This document shows, in pieces, positions 59,340 to 64,000 of a stretch of 64,000 nt of DNA. The notes under the pieces are model-generated. The model was not told the DNA's origin and ran no database searches. It saw only the letters and a program-made list of their open reading frames with translations. The number at the start of each line of letters is the position of its first letter. Positions within the stretch are counted from its first letter, which is position 1. The position numbers and the translations under genes are program-made. The stretch covers positions 1,648 through 65,647 of the forward strand of contig JAFGPN010000016.1 in the NCBI GenBank assembly GCA_016936175.1, read 5' to 3'. The stretch is from Patescibacteria group bacterium (lineage in GTDB: Bacteria; Patescibacteriota; Kazan-3B-28; UBA10110).

Positions 59340-60596
59340 ATGGCATTGTTTGGCCAAAAAGGAGGGCGTAAGAAATCCACAGATTATTTTGTGGCGGTTG
59401 ATGCTGGCACGGACCTGGTTAAATGCTTGGTTTTTTCCAAAACCGATGGTGTTGGAGCCACAATCTTGGGTGGTAGCACGGTACCCCACGTCGATGGCAG
59501 TATGCGGGGCGGCATGGTGATCAATATCCCCGAGGCGGCCGTCACCTTTAAAAAGGCCGTAGAGACAGCTGCGCACCAAGCTAACGTCAGACCTACTAAT
59601 TTAATAATGAGTATGCCCGGAGATCTGACCAAAAGTTTGGTTACCACGGTGCACTATCACCGGGCTCAGCCCGAGGCGCACATCGATTCCGGGGAACTAA
59701 AAAATATTATCTACAAGGTCCAGCTAAAAGCTTATGAGCAGATGCGACAACTAATGGTGAAAGAACAGGAGGAGGGCTCGCTGGATGTTAAGCTAATCAA
59801 TACTACGGTCGTGGACATGCGAGTGGATGGCTATAAAATTGCTAATCCCCTGGGTTTTCAGGGTGGTACAGTTACGTTAAGCATTTTTAATGTATTTGCT
59901 CCGCTGGTCCATTTGGGCGCCTTGCAAGCGATTGCTGACGAATTAGAGTTAGACCTAATTAGCGTGGCCGCCGGTCCTTACGCTTTAACTCGATGTCTAA
60001 CTGCTCACGATGAGAATCTTAGTGGTATATTTATCGATGTTGGGGCGCAGACCACCGATTTGGTGGTGGTAAGCGAAGGCGGTATCGCCGGTATTCAAAA
60101 CTTTGCGCTGGGCGGTAATGCCTTTAGCCGAGTTTTGGCTTCGGAGTTAAAGCTCTCGGAGGATAAGGCCGAGCAGACCAAGGTCGATTACGGCGAAGAT
60201 CTATTAGATAAAAAATCTAAGGGCAAGCTTCAGCCCATACTGCAATCTGTGGCGTTAATGTGGGCCCGCGGGGTTACCCAAGGGTTAGGCGAATTCACTC
60301 ATTTAGATGTGTTGCCTAATCGTATTTTTATTGGCGGTGGTGGAGCCGCACTTCCCGAGATTAAAAACGCCTTAATGACCAAAGCCTTTGCCGAGGGATT
60401 GCCGTTTACCAAAAAACCCTATCCGGCCGTAATCGAATCAACCGAATTAAACGATATCGCTTTGGCCGAAGGAGTAAACTTAAATCGAACCGACTTGGTG
60501 GCAGCTGGCCTAGTTTATCTGACGCTAGCTACCGAAACTCCAGAGGATGTAGTTGGAACGATTCTTAGACGTATAGCCTTAAGCATGCAAGTGTAG
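59340..60596 (+). CDS. FtsA-like actin-fold ATPase
   Basis: AVDAGT..VK, IDVGAQTTD, GG..F, AE..K, GGGAAL. Confidence 0.75.
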   Translation: MALFGQKGGRKKSTDYFVAVDAGTDLVKCLVFSKTDGVGATILGGSTVPHVDGSMRGGMVINIPEAAVTFKKAVETAAHQANVRPTNLIMSMPGDLTKSLVTTVHYHRAQPEAHIDSGELKNIIYKVQLKAYEQMRQLMVKEQEEGSLDVKLINTTVVDMRVDGYKIANPLGFQGGTVTLSIFNVFAPLVHLGALQAIADELELDLISVAAGPYALTRCLTAHDENLSGIFIDVGAQTTDLVVVSEGGIAGIQNFALGGNAFSRVLASELKLSEDKAEQTKVDYGEDLLDKKSKGKLQPILQSVALMWARGVTQGLGEFTHLDVLPNRIFIGGGGAALPEIKNALMTKAFAEGLPFTKKPYPAVIESTELNDIALAEGVNLNRTDLVAAGLVYLTLATETPEDVVGTILRRIALSMQV

Positions 60597-60601
60597 ACCT
60601 G

Positions 60602-60731
60602 CCCCGTTAGAAGCCTGCTATTAGCTCAATGCAATATTTAACTAAAAATACTAACCATGTTTAAATCTCATATACTACTAACTGCGTGCAAAAAGGCTAA
60701 AGTATTTTTGCGCCGAGGGCTTCTAACAGGG
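60602..60731. mobile_element. CCCCGTTAGAA-TIR miniature element, copy 6 (130 bp)
   Basis: CCCCGTTAGAAGCC...GGCTTCTAACAGGG; last G is the G of the downstream GTG. Confidence 0.75.
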
Positions 60732-62398
60732 TGAAAAAACGCAAAGCCATTTATTTAGATGCTAACGCCGATATTGCTTCGACTTTAAGCAAACTCTCTC
60801 GTTTAGATGCCGAAGAGATAATTTTGGCGGTGCCAAAAGGATCCGTGCTGTTTCATAGCTTGGTTAACTTAAAGATTATCAAAGCGGAGGTCGATGGATT
60901 GGGCAAACGGTTGATTTTAGTGACCACGGATGTGCGTGGTCGAGTGATGGCGGAGCGGGCTGATATCTCCACTTCCAGCGATTTGGAACTACCCGAAGAG
61001 GACGAGGGTGCCACGGCGGTTGCGGTTTCAACGAAGCCCGCCGCATCCCCTATCGCGCGGCCTGGTGGATTTAAAAACGAAGCCAAACTAACGTACAAAA
61101 AACGCAAGTTACCAGCAACGCCAGCCTTTAAGCTGACCACTGCGCGGCCAGATACCCCCACCGCAAAACCGCCCAGTACAACGACTCGTTCCAAAGGTAA
61201 CTGGGGCAGGGGCAGTATAGTAGTCGGCTTTGTGGTCTTAGCCCTATTAGTAATGGGGGCTTTGGCCTATTTTGTATTACCCCACGCTACCGTTAATTTG
61301 GATATTAGCGCCGAACCGTTTAACCACAAGTTTAAATTAGTAGTAGCTGACCAGGATGACAAAAGCGCCGCCGGTCAGAACTTGTTTAAAGGTCGATTTG
61401 TGGAGGTGACCAAAGAAGTGGTTCAAACCTTTGAGGCCACAGGTGGGAAAAATAGAGGCAATGCCGCCGGTGGAACGATTACCGTCTATAACTACACTTC
61501 TTCGCTTAAAGGCTTAATTCCAGAAACACGCTTTGTAGCTCCTTCGGGGTTGGTGTTTAGAATTAAAGCGGATGTCTTAGTGGCGCCAGCCAAGAGAGGT
61601 GCCGACGGTTCTCTAATTCCCGGTCGAACCAACGCCAAGGTTGTGGCTGACAGCGGCGGAACCATTGGCAATCTACCAACTGGAACTAAGTTAACTATTC
61701 CTGGGCTGGGGGCGGCCGGTATCGATCAGGTTTATGGTAAAAGCGATGAGCCGTTTGTTGGCGGAACAGATAGTGAGATAAAGATAGTGGTCGAATCGGA
61801 CATCGAATCGGCCAAAGAGTCTATTAGCAAAAATGTTTTTCTGAATATCGAAGAAGAGCTACGGGCCAAAGTTAGTCGGGGGGAAGAGTTAGTGCCTCAG
61901 CTGATCCAAAACGATGTAATCGATAGTGTTCCTTCGGTAGCGGCCGGGGCAGAACGAGAGAGTTTTGATTTAAAGGTTCAGGTTAGAAGCTGGACACTGT
62001 TACCCGACAAAGACCGACTAGCTGGCATTATTAACAACACGGTCCAATCAATCGTCCCTCGTGACCAAGTGCTCACTCCGCAAACCATCAGCAGTGCGCG
62101 AGTGGTGCTAGATAACGCAGATTTTCTTATGCATACCATCGATTTTACGGTAGAACTGGATGGCCTAATTGCGCCTAAATTAGATCTTGGAGAACTAGCT
62201 GGGAGCATCTCTAATCGCTCGGTAGTAGAAGCTGGAAAATTATTTGATAGCTTGCCCAAGGTTATTTCTCACAAAATAAAGTTGTGGCCATTTTGGACCG
62301 AACGACTTCCAATTTTAGAGAGTAACATTCGGATTAATCTGGCTTATATCAACCAAGCGGCGGGGGCGGCGGATGCAGAAAGTGCAAGTACCCCATGA
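60731..62398 (+). CDS. Bitopic membrane protein with baseplate-J-like extracellular region
   Basis: Cytoplasmic N-domain, one TM, A.G.IT.YN, TRF...G..F, V.A...G..GN, GGT motifs. Confidence 0.6.
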   Translation: MKKRKAIYLDANADIASTLSKLSRLDAEEIILAVPKGSVLFHSLVNLKIIKAEVDGLGKRLILVTTDVRGRVMAERADISTSSDLELPEEDEGATAVAVSTKPAASPIARPGGFKNEAKLTYKKRKLPATPAFKLTTARPDTPTAKPPSTTTRSKGNWGRGSIVVGFVVLALLVMGALAYFVLPHATVNLDISAEPFNHKFKLVVADQDDKSAAGQNLFKGRFVEVTKEVVQTFEATGGKNRGNAAGGTITVYNYTSSLKGLIPETRFVAPSGLVFRIKADVLVAPAKRGADGSLIPGRTNAKVVADSGGTIGNLPTGTKLTIPGLGAAGIDQVYGKSDEPFVGGTDSEIKIVVESDIESAKESISKNVFLNIEEELRAKVSRGEELVPQLIQNDVIDSVPSVAAGAERESFDLKVQVRSWTLLPDKDRLAGIINNTVQSIVPRDQVLTPQTISSARVVLDNADFLMHTIDFTVELDGLIAPKLDLGELAGSISNRSVVEAGKLFDSLPKVISHKIKLWPFWTERLPILESNIRINLAYINQAAGAADAESASTP

Positions 62399-62793
62399 GA
62401 ATTCTCGGTATCGATCTAGGTAAGAAGCGGATTGGCTTAGCTCTGGGTGATACTGAGAGCCGGATTGCAATTGGATTACCCACTATTCAGAATAATCGTC
62501 AAGTAGTGGAAAATATAAAAGCGGTTATTGAGGGCGAGCGAATCCAACGGTTGATAATTGGCCTTCCCAAAACCATGAGTGGGGGCACCGGAGAACAGGC
62601 CGGGTACACTCAAAAATGGGCCGCCAAGATTAAGGAACTTCTCGGGATAGAAGTGGTCTATGAAGACGAACGGCTGAGCAGCAAGATGGCTCGTGATGGC
62701 CTACTGGCTCTCGGTCATAAGCTTAAAAAAGAGGATATCGATCAGGCTGCCGCGGTGTTGATACTGCAGAGCTATCTTGACCGACTCGGTTAG
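62395..62793 (+). CDS. ruvX: RuvX/YqgF family nuclease
   Basis: ILGID.G.KRIG.A, IGLP, DERLSS, D..AA.LILQSYL. Confidence 0.95.
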   Translation: MRILGIDLGKKRIGLALGDTESRIAIGLPTIQNNRQVVENIKAVIEGERIQRLIIGLPKTMSGGTGEQAGYTQKWAAKIKELLGIEVVYEDERLSSKMARDGLLALGHKLKKEDIDQAAAVLILQSYLDRLG

Positions 62794-62799
62794 ATCGAT

Positions 62800-62828
62800 T
62801 TGACAGCGGAGAGCAGGTATTTTACAAT
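62800..62828 (+). promoter_or_regulatory. Promoter for hup
   Basis: TTGACA-N17-TACAAT. Confidence 0.7.
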
Positions 62829-62858
62829 GTGGGAGATGTTATTTAAGGGAGGTGATCA

Positions 62859-63131
62859 ATGAACAAGTCCGAAATCATTGAGCTCATTGCGCGTAAAGCG
62901 AATGTGTCCAAGAAGACTGCCACTCAGTCGATGGATATTTTTGTTAATGCGGTCAAAAGTAATTTGGCTGCTGGCAAAAATGTTACCATTACCGGGTTTG
63001 GCACCTTCACCCTCAGCACTCGCGCCGCTCGTAACGGTGTGAATCCGCAGACGGGTAAGTCCATTCGTATCCCGGCCACCAAAGTTCCTCGGTTCAAGGC
63101 CGGCAAGACGCTGCGCAGTCTCATTCACTAA
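62859..63131 (+). CDS. hup: DNA-binding protein HU
   Basis: MNKSE, GFGTF, R.AR.G.NPQTG, P.FKAGK.L. Confidence 0.96.
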   Translation: MNKSEIIELIARKANVSKKTATQSMDIFVNAVKSNLAAGKNVTITGFGTFTLSTRAARNGVNPQTGKSIRIPATKVPRFKAGKTLRSLIH

Positions 63132-63220
63132 TTGTTTTCAACTATTAATTCTCCCTCCCCCTTTATTTGGGGTAGGGAGTTTTATTAGGTCGGGCTTACC
63201 TCTATAATTAAATCTGACTA

Positions 63221-63295
63221 GCGGGTATCGTATAGTGGCTATTATGTCACCCTTCCAAGGTGAAGATGGGGGTTCGACTCCCCCTACCCGCTCCA
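63221..63295 (+). tRNA. tRNA-Gly (TCC)
   Basis: Acceptor GCGGGTA/TACCCGC, anticodon stem TCACC/GGTGA with loop CTTCCAA, GGTTCGA T-loop, encoded CCA. Confidence 0.96.
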
Positions 63296-63397
63296 GTCTT
63301 CGCTACCTAAGGGTAGCTATGCCTGGCTTCGCCAGCGTTTTAATAAAAAGCGAGGACTGCCCTGCGTAGTCCGTCAGCCGACGGACGAAGCATGGGC
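63296..63397. repeat. Inverted pair of CGTAG-hairpin-CGAAG elements abutting the tRNA 3' end
   Basis: CTTCG-CTACC..GGTAG-CTATG (63298-63321) and CGTAG-TCCGTC..GACGGA-CGAAG (63365-63390). Confidence 0.65.
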
Positions 63398-63497
63398 CAA
63401 CCGGATAATTCAACAATTTGGCAATTGAGCAATAAAAAAGCTCGGGGATGGTACCATGCTATAATTCCTATGCGTTAATTTTTTAATAGGAGGATAG

Positions 63498-64000
63498 ATG
63501 TATCAAGCACAGAATTTTGAACAGTTACTGGGGCTACCTGGATTTAGTGATAATTCACTAATCACGCATTTTGCTTTATATCAGGGTTACGTTAATAACG
63601 TTAATAAACTGTCGGATTCTCTGGCCGTGATGCTAAAGGAGGGTAAAACTGCCTCGCCCGAATATGCCGAGCTTAAGCGGCGATTTGGTTGGGAGTTTAA
63701 TGGGATGCGACTCCACGAATATTACTTCGGGGCGATGACAAAGACGGCGACCTCCCTTCCCCCAGATTCCCCGCTATATCAGCAGATCGTTAAAGACTTT
63801 GGTTCATTTGAAGCCTGGCGGCAGGATTTTATAGCTACTGCCACCCTGCGTGGCATCGGCTGGGCTGTTCTTTGCTACGATGCCTTGTTCGACAGGCTCT
63901 TCAATGTTTGGGTAAACGAGCACGATCTAGGGCATCTATCGGGGGGCACGCCCCTGCTTAATCTCGATGTATTTGAACACGCTTATATGCTGGATTACGG
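63498..64000 (+). CDS. Fe/Mn superoxide dismutase family protein (truncated by window end; not in ORF track)
   Basis: AGGAGG RBS; H..LYQGYV.N, EFNGMRLHEYYF, GIGW, DVFEHAY. Confidence 0.9.
   Translation, partial: MYQAQNFEQLLGLPGFSDNSLITHFALYQGYVNNVNKLSDSLAVMLKEGKTASPEYAELKRRFGWEFNGMRLHEYYFGAMTKTATSLPPDSPLYQQIVKDFGSFEAWRQDFIATATLRGIGWAVLCYDALFDRLFNVWVNEHDLGHLSGGTPLLNLDVFEHAYMLDY

Noticed and set aside
60731..62398. Prophage suggested by the baseplate-J-like gene
   Set aside because: No other phage genes; the protein is membrane-anchored among housekeeping genes.
1..64000. CRISPR array, and the many short overlapping ORFs in the track
   Set aside because: No regularly spaced direct repeats were seen; the short ORFs overlap well-supported genes and lack motifs.

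Overview
A 64 kb window of core chromosome from a reduced-genome bacterium, most likely Patescibacteria/CPR. This is inferred from PolA lacking its 3'-5' exonuclease domain, AlaS lacking its C-terminal domain, a two-gene ComEC, an RNHCP protein, an FtsA-like plus baseplate-J-like pair, many leaderless starts and orphan ORFs. It spans the probable replication origin (dciA-recF-dnaN-[oriC]-dnaA / rpmH-rnpA-yidD-yidC-jag), a glycosylation cluster, a K+-independent H+-PPase, many DNA and RNA housekeeping genes, tRNA-Gly and a truncated sod. I saw no CRISPR array, prophage, rRNA or transposase. The most unusual signals are non-coding or sub-genic. (1) Six copies of a 79-130 bp element share CCCCGTTAGAA...TTCTAACGGGG terminal inverted repeats whose two ends co-vary within each copy; the interiors are mostly unrelated, and the elements supply start codons, a stop codon or -10 boxes to core genes. 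(2) Several other families of palindromic or short tandem repeats are present, some translated in frame inside MutM and PolA. (3) There is a 61-aa protamine-like protein, a 130-bp rod-like structured element, and an orphan operon with cryptic DHH-like and C39-like domains. All product calls come from motif recognition by eye, not database searches.
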